Assembly: GCA_965205485.1 (NCBI GenBank) | Contig: OZ242180.1 | Coordinates: 257,449 to 321,448 of the forward strand | Reading direction: 5' to 3' | DNA: 64,000 nucleotides | Origin: Candidatus Latescibacterota bacterium | GTDB taxonomy: Bacteria > Latescibacterota > UBA2968 > GCA-2709665 | Shown: positions 56,218-64,000 of the stretch, piece after piece | Position numbering within the stretch: position 1 is the stretch's first letter | How the letters are laid out: every line of letters starts with the position of its first letter | Notes under the pieces: model-generated | Seen by the model: the letters and a program-made list of their open reading frames with translations, nothing else | What the model was told of the DNA's origin: nothing | Database searches by the model: none | Translations under genes and position numbers: made by a program

Positions 56218-56985
56218 TCCCCGCAGGTAAAGCTCATCGGACTTGTTAAAATCAGACATACGGTTGCACGCTGGCTCGGGCGCGACCGGGTAGCGCACAC
56301 ACCGGAAAGTCTCCAGGAAAAACTCGGCTATCGTTTTTCGGATCCCGATCTCCTGGTCCAGGCGATCAAACACCGCTCCTACGTCTACGCCGTTGACGAA
56401 GGGAGCATCGCTTCGAACGAACGGCTCGAGTTTCTCGGCGACGCCGTACTGGACCTGCTGGTCACGGAAAACCTCTATCGGAAGTTTCAGAACAAACGTG
56501 AGGGCGACCTCACGCAGATCAAATCCGTACTCGTCAGCAAAGTCATTCTCGCGCAACGGGGCCGCGCAATCGGACTCGGTCACCACATCCTGCTCAGCAG
56601 GGAAGAAGACCTGGCGGGAGGAAGAGACCGGACGTCGATCATCGGAGATGCTTTCGAGGCAATTCTGGGCGCCGTCTATCTCGACGGCGGCCTCAAGGCC
56701 GCGGACGCCTTCGTTCAGCGCCACCTCCTGAGCAACATCGAGGGAATTGTCGCCAATAGCAGCTTTCTCAACTTCAAGAGCGTCCTTCTGGAGCATACGC
56801 AGGGGGAAGGCCGGGGACACCCCCGCTACCTGGTCAGCTCGGAAGAGGGTCCGGACCACCACAAGACGTTCAGTGTCGAGGTGTTGATCGCCGGCGAACG
56901 AATGGGCTTCGGAAAGGGACGAAGCAAGAAGGAGGCGCAACAGATGGCGGCGAAAGAGGCGTTGCAGAAGCTGGGAGTCTCCTGA
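56218..56985 (+). CDS. rnc: ribonuclease III (start codon unresolved)
   Basis: Absent from the ORF track. The frame reads ...LQEKLGYRFSDPDLLVQAIKHRSY...NERLEFLGDAVLDLLV...GDAFEAILGAVYLDGG...DHHKTFSVEV...GRSKKEAQQMAAKEAL. It is open from directly after the fabF TAA. No in-frame ATG/GTG/TTG occurs before the catalytic motif. Confidence 0.8.
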   Translation, partial: SPQVKLIGLVKIRHTVARWLGRDRVAHTPESLQEKLGYRFSDPDLLVQAIKHRSYVYAVDEGSIASNERLEFLGDAVLDLLVTENLYRKFQNKREGDLTQIKSVLVSKVILAQRGRAIGLGHHILLSREEDLAGGRDRTSIIGDAFEAILGAVYLDGGLKAADAFVQRHLLSNIEGIVANSSFLNFKSVLLEHTQGEGRGHPRYLVSSEEGPDHHKTFSVEVLIAGERMGFGKGRSKKEAQQMAAKEALQKLGVS

Positions 56986-56988
56986 TTC

Positions 56989-57864
56989 ATGCAGGAAACC
57001 GGATCGCGTTCATGGCGTTTCCTGAACACCGGGTCGGGGAACGCCTTTTTCAATATGGCCGTGGACGAAGCCATCGTGCGCGGCGTTGAGGCGGATACGT
57101 CGCCGCCCACGGTACGGACGTTCGGCTGGACGCCGCCCGCGGTCTCTTTCGGATACGCCCAGAGGATCGGCCGCGAAGTCGACGCGGACCGATGCCGGCA
57201 GCGCGGCATCCACCTGGTCCGCCGGCCGAGCGGTGGGCGCGCCGTCCTCCACTGGAACGAACTCACGTACAGCGTCACCTGCCGCGCCGACGACCCGCTG
57301 CTGGGCGGCTCCATTCAGGAGTCCTACCGGAAAATCAGCGCCTGCCTGGTTGCAAGCCTGCGACTTCTGGGCGTGGACGCCCGATTCGAGCCGCGACGCA
57401 ATCCGGTTTCGTCTCCCCGCGGAGAAGGCCTCACTTCGCCCTGTTTTTCGAGTACCACGCAATACGAGGTTACGATTCACGACCGGAAGATCATAGGCAG
57501 CGCCCAGCGGCGTCTGGGCGGCGTGCTGCTTCAACACGGCTCGCTGCTTCTGGGTCCGGAACACAAGCGTCTCATCGAACTCATGCCGGACCGTCGCGAG
57601 CCCCTGAAGGAACGCTTTCGTCGGGAACTGGACCGGCACACCGTCTCCCTTGCGGAAGTGGGCCGCCCCTCGGACTTCAACACCGTGGCGCGCGCACTGC
57701 GGGACGGTTTTGTAGAGACCCTGGGCATCTGCCTGACAGGAGCGACGTTGTCTCCCGAGGAAACCGCAGACGCCGAACATCTCGTTGAAACCAGGTACGG
57801 CACGGAATCCTGGAACCTGGGCGACGGCCTGCGCCAACCCCGCATCGTCCGCCGCATCATATAG
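56989..57864 (+). CDS. lipoate-protein ligase / octanoyltransferase family protein (BPL_LplA_LipB)
   Basis: NMAVDEAI...RRPSGGRAVLH...RKIIGSAQRRLGGVLLQHGSLLL. Confidence 0.75.
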   Translation: MQETGSRSWRFLNTGSGNAFFNMAVDEAIVRGVEADTSPPTVRTFGWTPPAVSFGYAQRIGREVDADRCRQRGIHLVRRPSGGRAVLHWNELTYSVTCRADDPLLGGSIQESYRKISACLVASLRLLGVDARFEPRRNPVSSPRGEGLTSPCFSSTTQYEVTIHDRKIIGSAQRRLGGVLLQHGSLLLGPEHKRLIELMPDRREPLKERFRRELDRHTVSLAEVGRPSDFNTVARALRDGFVETLGICLTGATLSPEETADAEHLVETRYGTESWNLGDGLRQPRIVRRII

Positions 57865-57912
57865 CGTCAATTCGAAGAATCAGCCTGGCCGTCTCCTTGC
57901 CGACTCCCATAA

Positions 57913-58072
57913 CAGCCCGTTGAAAAAGTCCATCCGGGCTACGGCCGGCCCTTGCGGTCGAAATACGGCGTTGCGCTCCCTCGCCGAATCGAGGGATGGG
58001 ACTCGGTCGCGCGCCTTGTCTTCGACCACAATGACTCGGCCTCGCCTGCAGAGCGACTTTATCAACGGACTG
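57913..58072 (+). mobile_element. MITE-like element, short copy (18-bp terminal inverted repeats)
   Basis: Left end CAGCCCGTTGAAAAAGTC (57913-57930); right end GACTTTATCAACGGACTG (58055-58072). ATAA occurs on both flanks. The interior matches the ends of the 60.6 kb copy. Confidence 0.7.
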
Positions 58073-58079
58073 ATAAAGC

Positions 58080-58520
58080 ATGGACAAACCGAAGACGTCC
58101 GAATCGGCACCTGAACTCCGCTGGTCGGTCCATCCCCTCCTCGAAGAACCGCCCGCGAAAACCGGCCTGCTCATCCTGGTCATCCTGGCGCTGTCGGTTC
58201 TGATTGCCATTGAATTCGGCGTGCCGGCGTACGGTTTTCTTTCGACGGCGCTGCTCACGGCATCCATGTCCCGTTACTTTCTCCCCACGCGATACGCGCT
58301 CCTGGAGAGGCATATCCTTATAGCGCACCTTGGCGCGCGGCGGACCATTCCGTGGAACCGGATTCGCCGGCATACCGTCGTCCCGGACGGCGTCCTTCTC
58401 AGCCCGTTCGCCCGTCCAAACAGGCTCGATCCGTTTCGAGGCTGTTTCCTGCGCGTTCGTGACAATCGGGAGAAAATCATCGAGTATGTCCAGACCCGCC
58501 TCGCGGATGCAGCGCCTTAG
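58080..58520 (+). CDS. hypothetical membrane protein (TM hairpin plus small soluble domain)
   Basis: GLLILVILALSVLIAIEFGVPAYGFLSTALLTA, then RYFLPTRYALLERHILIAHLG... The ATG lies 8 nt after the MITE end. Confidence 0.5.
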   Translation: MDKPKTSESAPELRWSVHPLLEEPPAKTGLLILVILALSVLIAIEFGVPAYGFLSTALLTASMSRYFLPTRYALLERHILIAHLGARRTIPWNRIRRHTVVPDGVLLSPFARPNRLDPFRGCFLRVRDNREKIIEYVQTRLADAAP

Positions 58521-58833
58521 AACCTGGTGCGAACACGCTTTCGCTGTCAACCCTCCGGAGAGCCGAATCACGGAGGAAGAACGCGCTCTGGCTGCCAAAA
58601 TGGCGGAATTCGTCGTTCGCCGGCAGATGACCACACCCGCGTTGATGGTTCTGGAAGCCGGCAGGCCGTTCAACTTTATAGGCAGTCAGTTTTTGGCTTT
58701 TCTTTCCCCCTTTGTCACACTTATCTTCTCAGGCGCGGAATACGGTCGATTCGTGCGTTTTCTGGAGAAACGACAGAGCGTCCAGACACTGATCGATACC
58801 CTTGTGGAGACGGAAAACAGACGGAATGGATAG
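58507..58833 (+). CDS. hypothetical small protein
   Basis: 108 aa from ATG 58507: MQRLRTWCEHAFAVNPPESRITEEERALAAKMAEFVVRR...FIGSQFLAFLSPFVTLIF. It overlaps both neighbours, consistent with an operon. Confidence 0.45.
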   Translation: MQRLRTWCEHAFAVNPPESRITEEERALAAKMAEFVVRRQMTTPALMVLEAGRPFNFIGSQFLAFLSPFVTLIFSGAEYGRFVRFLEKRQSVQTLIDTLVETENRRNG

Positions 58834-60610
58834 ACCGGACGTCATCATCGCCACGGACTGCGGCAGCACGACCACCAAGGCCATTCTTATCGAGAAAAAG
58901 GAGGAATGCTACAGGCAGACCTTTCGCGGCGAGGCGCCCACCACGGTCGAGGCGCCGTTTGAAGATGTCACGCGGGGCGTCCTCAACGCCATCCAGGAAG
59001 TCGAGGAACTCTCCGGGCGCGCCATCCTGGACGGCGAACGCATCATCACGCCCGCGGCAGACGGCCGCGGCGTTGACATTTATGTGTCCACCAGCAGCGC
59101 CGGGGGCGGCCTGCAGATGATGGTGGGCGGCGTTGTCCAGGCGATGACGGGCGAGAGCGCCCAGCGTGCGGCCCTGGGCGCCGGCGCCATCGTCATGGAC
59201 GTGCTCGCTTCCAACGACGGCCGCCTGCCCCACCAGAAAATCGAGCGCATCCGCCATTTGCGTCCCGACATGGTACTCCTGTCCGGAGGAACGGACGGCG
59301 GTACCGTGAGCCACGTGGTGGAACTGGCGGAGTTCATCGCCGCGGCGGACCCGAGGCCGCGGTTCGGCGCCGGCTTCCGGCTCCCGGTCATCTATGCCGG
59401 AAACAGGGACGCGCGGGAGGACGTTCAACGGGTTCTGGGCGAAAAAACCGCGCTGAAGACCACGGACAATATCCGCCCTCAACTCGAACGCGAGAACCTG
59501 GGACCCGCGCGCCAGGTAATCCACGACCTCTTCCTCGAACACGTGATGGCGCAGGCGCCCGGGTACCGTAAACTGATGGAATGGACGGGCGCGCCCATTA
59601 TGCCAACGCCCGGCGCGGTGGGCCTGCTCATTCAGACCGTCGCCCGGCGCCGGAACATCAACGTCGTGGGCGTCGACATCGGCGGGGCGACCACCGATGT
59701 CTTCAGCGTTTTCGGCGATCCATTCAACCGTACCGTTAGCGCCAACCTGGGCATGTCCTACAGCATCTCGAACGTACTGGCCGAGGCAGGCCTGTCGAAC
59801 GTCATGCGCTGGGTCCCATTTGAAATCGAAGAGGCCGACCTCAGAGACCGCGTCAAGAACAAGATGATCCGGCCGACCACCGTGCCGCAGACGCTGGAGG
59901 AGCTGCAGCTCGAGCAGGCCATCGCCCGCGAGGCATTGCGCCTGGCGTTCGAGCAGCACCGTGCACTGGCCGTAGGACTGAAGGGGGTGCAGACGGAACG
60001 CACCCTTTCCGACGCTTTCGATCAGACCGCCGCGGGCGAGAGCCTGATTCACATGCCGGACCTGGACCTCCTGGTGGGCAGCGGCGGGGTTCTTTCCCAT
60101 GCGCCCCGGCGCGCGCAGTCGGCGGCCATGCTCATCGACGCCTTCCAGCCCCGGGGATTCACGAGGCTGGCCGTCGACAGCATTTTCATGATGCCCCACC
60201 TGGGCGTCCTGACAAGCGTCAATGAACAGGCCGCCGCCGAAGTGTTCGAACGGGACTGCCTGGTCGATCTGGGCACCTGTATTGCGCCTTCCGGGCAGGG
60301 AAAACCGGGCGAAGTCTGCGCCACGTACGAGATCTCGCTCGATGACAGCACAGAGTCCGGCGACCTGAAAGTCGGCGCCCTCCATATGTTCCAAGGGGAC
60401 CCCGACCAGGAGGTCGACGTCAGCCTGCATCCCGAATCGGGTTGGGACGCCGGGGCGGGGGCCGGTCAGTCGATCCGACGCACGGTGAAGGGCGGCGTGG
60501 CCGGTCTGATCCTGGATGGGCGCGGACGGCCGCTTCCGTTTTCGGACGGGGACGGGGTGGAGCGGGTTGCCGCCTGGAACAGGGCGTTGGACCTCTATCC
60601 CCGTCAATAG
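58826..60610 (+). CDS. GlmL/MutL-like (glutamate mutase L family) ASKHA-fold ATPase
   Basis: VIIATDCGSTTTKAILIEK...VSTSSAGGGLQM...VLLSGGTDGG...VGVDIGGATTDVFSVF. Confidence 0.7.
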   Translation: MDRPDVIIATDCGSTTTKAILIEKKEECYRQTFRGEAPTTVEAPFEDVTRGVLNAIQEVEELSGRAILDGERIITPAADGRGVDIYVSTSSAGGGLQMMVGGVVQAMTGESAQRAALGAGAIVMDVLASNDGRLPHQKIERIRHLRPDMVLLSGGTDGGTVSHVVELAEFIAAADPRPRFGAGFRLPVIYAGNRDAREDVQRVLGEKTALKTTDNIRPQLERENLGPARQVIHDLFLEHVMAQAPGYRKLMEWTGAPIMPTPGAVGLLIQTVARRRNINVVGVDIGGATTDVFSVFGDPFNRTVSANLGMSYSISNVLAEAGLSNVMRWVPFEIEEADLRDRVKNKMIRPTTVPQTLEELQLEQAIAREALRLAFEQHRALAVGLKGVQTERTLSDAFDQTAAGESLIHMPDLDLLVGSGGVLSHAPRRAQSAAMLIDAFQPRGFTRLAVDSIFMMPHLGVLTSVNEQAAAEVFERDCLVDLGTCIAPSGQGKPGEVCATYEISLDDSTESGDLKVGALHMFQGDPDQEVDVSLHPESGWDAGAGAGQSIRRTVKGGVAGLILDGRGRPLPFSDGDGVERVAAWNRALDLYPRQ

Positions 60611-60934
60611 CAGTCCGTTGACAAAGTCGCTCTGCAGGCGAGGCTTGGTGTCCCGTCCCGGAAATATGTCACCATTGGTCCGCCGATTCATCCCGTCTGG
60701 CGGCGTTGCCTTCGCTCGGTGACCTTGCGCAGGTCGCCTCGCTCAGGCGCCTTGCCAGCCGGGCGACTCGGCGTCCGAATTTCGGCAATCTATTTCCGGG
60801 TCGGAACACTTGCCATTGTGGTCGAATGCAAGGCGCGCAACCGAGTCCCATCCTGCGATTCGGCGAGGGAGCGCAACGCAGTATTTCGACCGCAAGGGCC
60901 GGCTGTAGCCCGGATGGACTTTTTCAACGGGCTG
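60611..60934 (-). mobile_element. MITE-like element, long copy, inverted relative to 57913-58072
   Basis: Ends CAGTCCGTTGACAAAGTC (60611-60628) and GACTTTTTCAACGGGCTG (60917-60934). The reverse complement matches the short copy except for about 165 extra internal bp. It starts immediately after the TAG at 60608-60610. Confidence 0.7.
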
Positions 60935-60959
60935 ACAAGCGTTGCAAGGGAGGCAAGAG

Positions 60960-62801
60960 ATGGCTAGAGTGTGCGGATTGGTAATCCTTGGATTGTTTTT
61001 CGTCTCTGCAGCCGCAGGCGAAGACGAAACCCCCTGGGAGAAAGTTCAGAGAACGCTATTGGATACGAAGGAAGCTCCCGCTATCGTACTGGACGGAACG
61101 GAACGGGTACCCGCCAGGTACGCCGGCGATATCCAACCGGAATACGGAGACTGGATGGTTCGCCACTTCCTTTCCGATCCGGAGAATTTCAACCCGTACG
61201 TCTCAAACGACAGAGGCGCTTCCATCGTACACCAATACATCTTCGAATCACTCCTCGAGATTGAGAACGAATCGCCTTACAATCTCAGAGGGTTGGTTGC
61301 GAAGGGGCCCCCCGAGGTGTCCGAAGACAAGCTCACCTACACCTTCGACCTGCGCGAGAACGTCCATTTCGCGGACGGCAAGCCCCTCTCGGCGGACGAC
61401 GTCCACTTCAGCATCAAAGTCATCAAGAACCCGAAAGTCCTGGCTGCCTCGCTTCGGAACTATTACGCGGCCATCAGCGACGTCGAGCAGGAGGGCAAAT
61501 ACAGAATCAGTTTCGTCTGCCGGGAACCCTATTTCAGGAACAACATCTCACTGGGTTCCATGGAGATTCTGCCGAAACATTTCTACGACCCCGACGGCCT
61601 GCTGGACCCCGTTGACATTGGAAGTCTCATCGACGGGTCCTGGGAAAACGGGCCGCACGCGGAGCGGGTGGAGCAGTTCGCCGAGACATTCAACACCGGC
61701 TACCATCGGAAAATGCTCGGCTCCGGGCCCTATCTCGTGGCAGACTGGGACGCAGACGTGATCACAGGGCAAAAGGTGATACTTACCCGCAATCCCAACT
61801 ACTGGGGAGGGGGCCGGACCGATCTGATGCCCAAGGGATACGTGGAAAAGGTCGTCTTCAAAATCGTGAACGACCCTGAAGCCGCGTTCATAGAGCACAC
61901 CAACGGAAATATAGACTACTTCGGGCTCAGGCCGCTTCAGTTCAAGGACAAGAGCTGGTCTCCGGATTTTATCGAGCGATTCAAGAAGAGCGTGATCTAT
62001 TCTTCGGGATACGTGTACATCGGCTGGAACAACGCGCACCCCATCTTTCGCGACCGACGCGTACGCAAGGCCATGACCTACCTCACCGACCGTGAAAGCA
62101 TGGTGGTGAACCTCATGTTCGGTCTGGCGGAAACCGTTGAGAGCCCCATCCACAAGTTCCGCCCGGAATACAACCACAGCCTGGAGCCCCACCCTTACGA
62201 TCCCGACAGGGCGCTTGACATTCTGGATGAGGCCGGATGGACGGACAGCGATAACGACGGCATCCTGGACAAGGTCATCGACGGAACGATACACCCGTTT
62301 AAATTCGAGTTCCTGGTCAACTCAGGGAACCAGCTCCGCAAAGACATCGCCCTGGCGCTGCAGTATGAACTGCAGGACATCGGAATCGTCTGCGAGGTGC
62401 GCGAACTGGACTGGACCATCTTTCTGGACCGGGTGGTTCGCAAGAAAGACTTCGCCGCCTGTACGCTGGGGTGGACCGGCAGCCTGATCATCCCCCCGGA
62501 CTCCTATCAGATCTGGCATTCCTCACAGTCCGAGGGACAGGGGTCGAACTATATCGGCTTCAGGAACGAGGAGGTTGACCGCATCCTGGAATCCTATCGA
62601 CGGGAGTTCGATATGGACGAGAGAATCCGGCTCTACCGGCGTTTCCAGGAAATCCTGTACAACGAGCAACCCTATACGTTTCTCTGGAAATCACGCGCCG
62701 CCACTTCCTACAGCAGGCGCTTTGCGGGGGACAGCTGGTACGCCGGTGGCCCGGATACCCAGGAATGGTGGGTAGGCGCTTCCAACCGGTTGTATCAATA
62801 G
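60960..62801 (+). CDS. ABC transporter substrate-binding protein, family 5 (peptide/nickel type)
   Basis: Signal peptide MARVCGLVILGLFFVSAAAG. Length and motifs (FHFADGKPLSADDV, GSGPY, NPNYWGG) fit OppA/DppA-like proteins. Confidence 0.8.
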   Translation: MARVCGLVILGLFFVSAAAGEDETPWEKVQRTLLDTKEAPAIVLDGTERVPARYAGDIQPEYGDWMVRHFLSDPENFNPYVSNDRGASIVHQYIFESLLEIENESPYNLRGLVAKGPPEVSEDKLTYTFDLRENVHFADGKPLSADDVHFSIKVIKNPKVLAASLRNYYAAISDVEQEGKYRISFVCREPYFRNNISLGSMEILPKHFYDPDGLLDPVDIGSLIDGSWENGPHAERVEQFAETFNTGYHRKMLGSGPYLVADWDADVITGQKVILTRNPNYWGGGRTDLMPKGYVEKVVFKIVNDPEAAFIEHTNGNIDYFGLRPLQFKDKSWSPDFIERFKKSVIYSSGYVYIGWNNAHPIFRDRRVRKAMTYLTDRESMVVNLMFGLAETVESPIHKFRPEYNHSLEPHPYDPDRALDILDEAGWTDSDNDGILDKVIDGTIHPFKFEFLVNSGNQLRKDIALALQYELQDIGIVCEVRELDWTIFLDRVVRKKDFAACTLGWTGSLIIPPDSYQIWHSSQSEGQGSNYIGFRNEEVDRILESYRREFDMDERIRLYRRFQEILYNEQPYTFLWKSRAATSYSRRFAGDSWYAGGPDTQEWWVGASNRLYQ

Positions 62802-62838
62802 AGTTGGCCCCAATAGGAAAAAACGGCATCCGGGCGTC

Positions 62839-63012
62839 GTGATAAAACCCTCCGAAACAGGGAGTTAACGTCGTATGGAAGGACATCCTTTCAGTTGACG
62901 TCCAGTGACTTGGTGTATCCTGGTAATCCGCAGTTTAATCGCCTTTATCAACTTTCACACATTCGGTTTAACGTCCACGAAAACATACGAATCCTGGTTA
63001 ACGGACGCCGGC
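62839..63012 (+). repeat. family P intergenic repeat, copy 2
   Basis: See 50809-50985. Here the core reads TTGACGTCCAGTGACTTGGTGTATCCTGG. Confidence 0.65.
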
Positions 63013-63032
63013 ACGGAGAGGCCTGAAGGCAG

Positions 63033-64000
63033 ATGATCCAGTACATCCTGCAGCGCAGCCTGCTGATGATCCCGACGATGATCGGTATCACCCTGATCTC
63101 GTTCCTGGTCATGCATCTCGCTCCCGGAGACCCCGTGGACTTCTTTCTCGGCGGCATGGCGGGGGAGGAGGGCATCTCGACAGAAGGGCAGTCCGATTTC
63201 GAAAAAACGCGCGAGGACCTTCGGCGGCAACTCGGCCTGGACCGGCCGGTTCACATCCAATACCTGAACTGGCTGTCCAGCCTGGTTCTGCACGTGGAGC
63301 CGCTCAACAACTTCGAACGCATGGGCCGCCGCGTCGACGTCTATCTCTCGAAACTGGACAGCGGGGAAAGAAGCGAGTTGGCAGCGCTTGAGAATAAGGC
63401 GCGTAAGGCCCGGTTTCTCAGGAGTTTCGAGAAACATCACCCGGACGAGGCGGAAGCGCTCGTCCTTTCCTCTTTCTGGGAGAGCAAGACGGTCAAACTC
63501 GAGAAAAACTATGAGTACACCGGCGCCGGCCTGCTCCTCTTCCACCTCTTCGACCGGCGCTTTATCACGCTCAATTTCGGCCGCTCCTTCAAGGATCAGC
63601 AGCCGGTCATCTCCCATATCCTCGCACGCGTGCCTATCACCATCGAAATCAACGTCATCAGTCTGATCGTGGCTTACATCATCGGTCTGCCGCTGGGTAT
63701 ATGGCTGGCCGTGAAACAGGACACCCGGACCGACCGCGCGCTGACCACGGGAACCTTCATCCTGTGGTCCATGCCTTCATTCTGGGTGGGCATGCTGCTC
63801 ATCGTGTTTTTCTGCAACAAGGAATTCTTCTACTGGTTTCCGGCCTCCGGCATCCAGTCGCTGGACGCCTCTTCCGAATGGGGATTCTGGCGGCTGTTGA
63901 CGGACCACGCCCATCACATGGCCATGCCGGTCCTGGCCTCGAGCTACGCCAGCTTCGCGGGTCTTTCCCGGTTCATGCGGACCAGTATGCTGGAGAACAT
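63033..64000 (+). CDS. ABC transporter permease (DppB/OppB-like), partial, runs off the right edge
   Basis: Absent from the track because there is no stop. MIQYILQRSLLMIPTMIGITLISFLVMHLAPGDPV...LGLDRPVHIQYLNWL...RVPITIEINVISLIVAYIIGLPLGIW. Confidence 0.8.
   Translation, partial: MIQYILQRSLLMIPTMIGITLISFLVMHLAPGDPVDFFLGGMAGEEGISTEGQSDFEKTREDLRRQLGLDRPVHIQYLNWLSSLVLHVEPLNNFERMGRRVDVYLSKLDSGERSELAALENKARKARFLRSFEKHHPDEAEALVLSSFWESKTVKLEKNYEYTGAGLLLFHLFDRRFITLNFGRSFKDQQPVISHILARVPITIEINVISLIVAYIIGLPLGIWLAVKQDTRTDRALTTGTFILWSMPSFWVGMLLIVFFCNKEFFYWFPASGIQSLDASSEWGFWRLLTDHAHHMAMPVLASSYASFAGLSRFMRTSMLEN

Overview
High-GC (roughly 60-65% by eye) chromosomal fragment from a diderm bacterium. Omp85-type barrels and a PlpD-like patatin autotransporter support the diderm call. 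No rRNA, tRNA, CRISPR array, transposase or integrase was recognised.

Most of the window is ordinary metabolism:
- a TPP-riboswitch-controlled thiO-thiS-thiG-tenI(like)-thiD-thiE operon
- a large heparinase II/III-like protein
- two outer-membrane barrel fusion proteins
- several Gfo/Idh/MocA oxidoreductases and a cupin
- a three-subunit molybdo-hydroxylase of the xanthine dehydrogenase family
- glcB, pgi, bioA-bioD, ndk
- a yceD-rpmF-fabH-fabD-fabG-acpP-fabF-rnc block
- a peptide-type ABC transporter

Main observations:
1. A low-GC ~2.3 kb island (41.2-43.6 kb) carries a 367-aa protein with a C-terminal Rx4H (HEPN-like) motif and an unrecognised N-terminal region. It is tightly followed by a broken small ORF and an antitoxin-like ORF, and sits convergent to a tiny membrane protein built from 21-bp tandem repeats. 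This is my best candidate for an undescribed defence or addiction module.
2. A co-directional FAR / GNPAT-like acyltransferase / AGPS / SDR set mirrors the eukaryotic peroxisomal ether-lipid pathway.
3. A three-gene GlmL-like module is bracketed by inverted copies of a MITE-like element with 18-bp terminal inverted repeats.
4. The intergenic repeat content is unusually rich: two families of 7-bp-periodic arrays, a hairpin (REP-like) element, a ~175-bp promoter-like repeat and a ~200-nt element with a conserved long-range stem.
5. Four genes are damaged or anomalous: a 5-prime-truncated higB beside an intact higA, a Gfo/Idh/MocA gene with an in-frame TGA, an Omp85-like gene frameshifted in a G4 run, and an rnc ORF with no ATG/GTG/TTG start.

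All family assignments come from motif recognition by eye; no searches were run.
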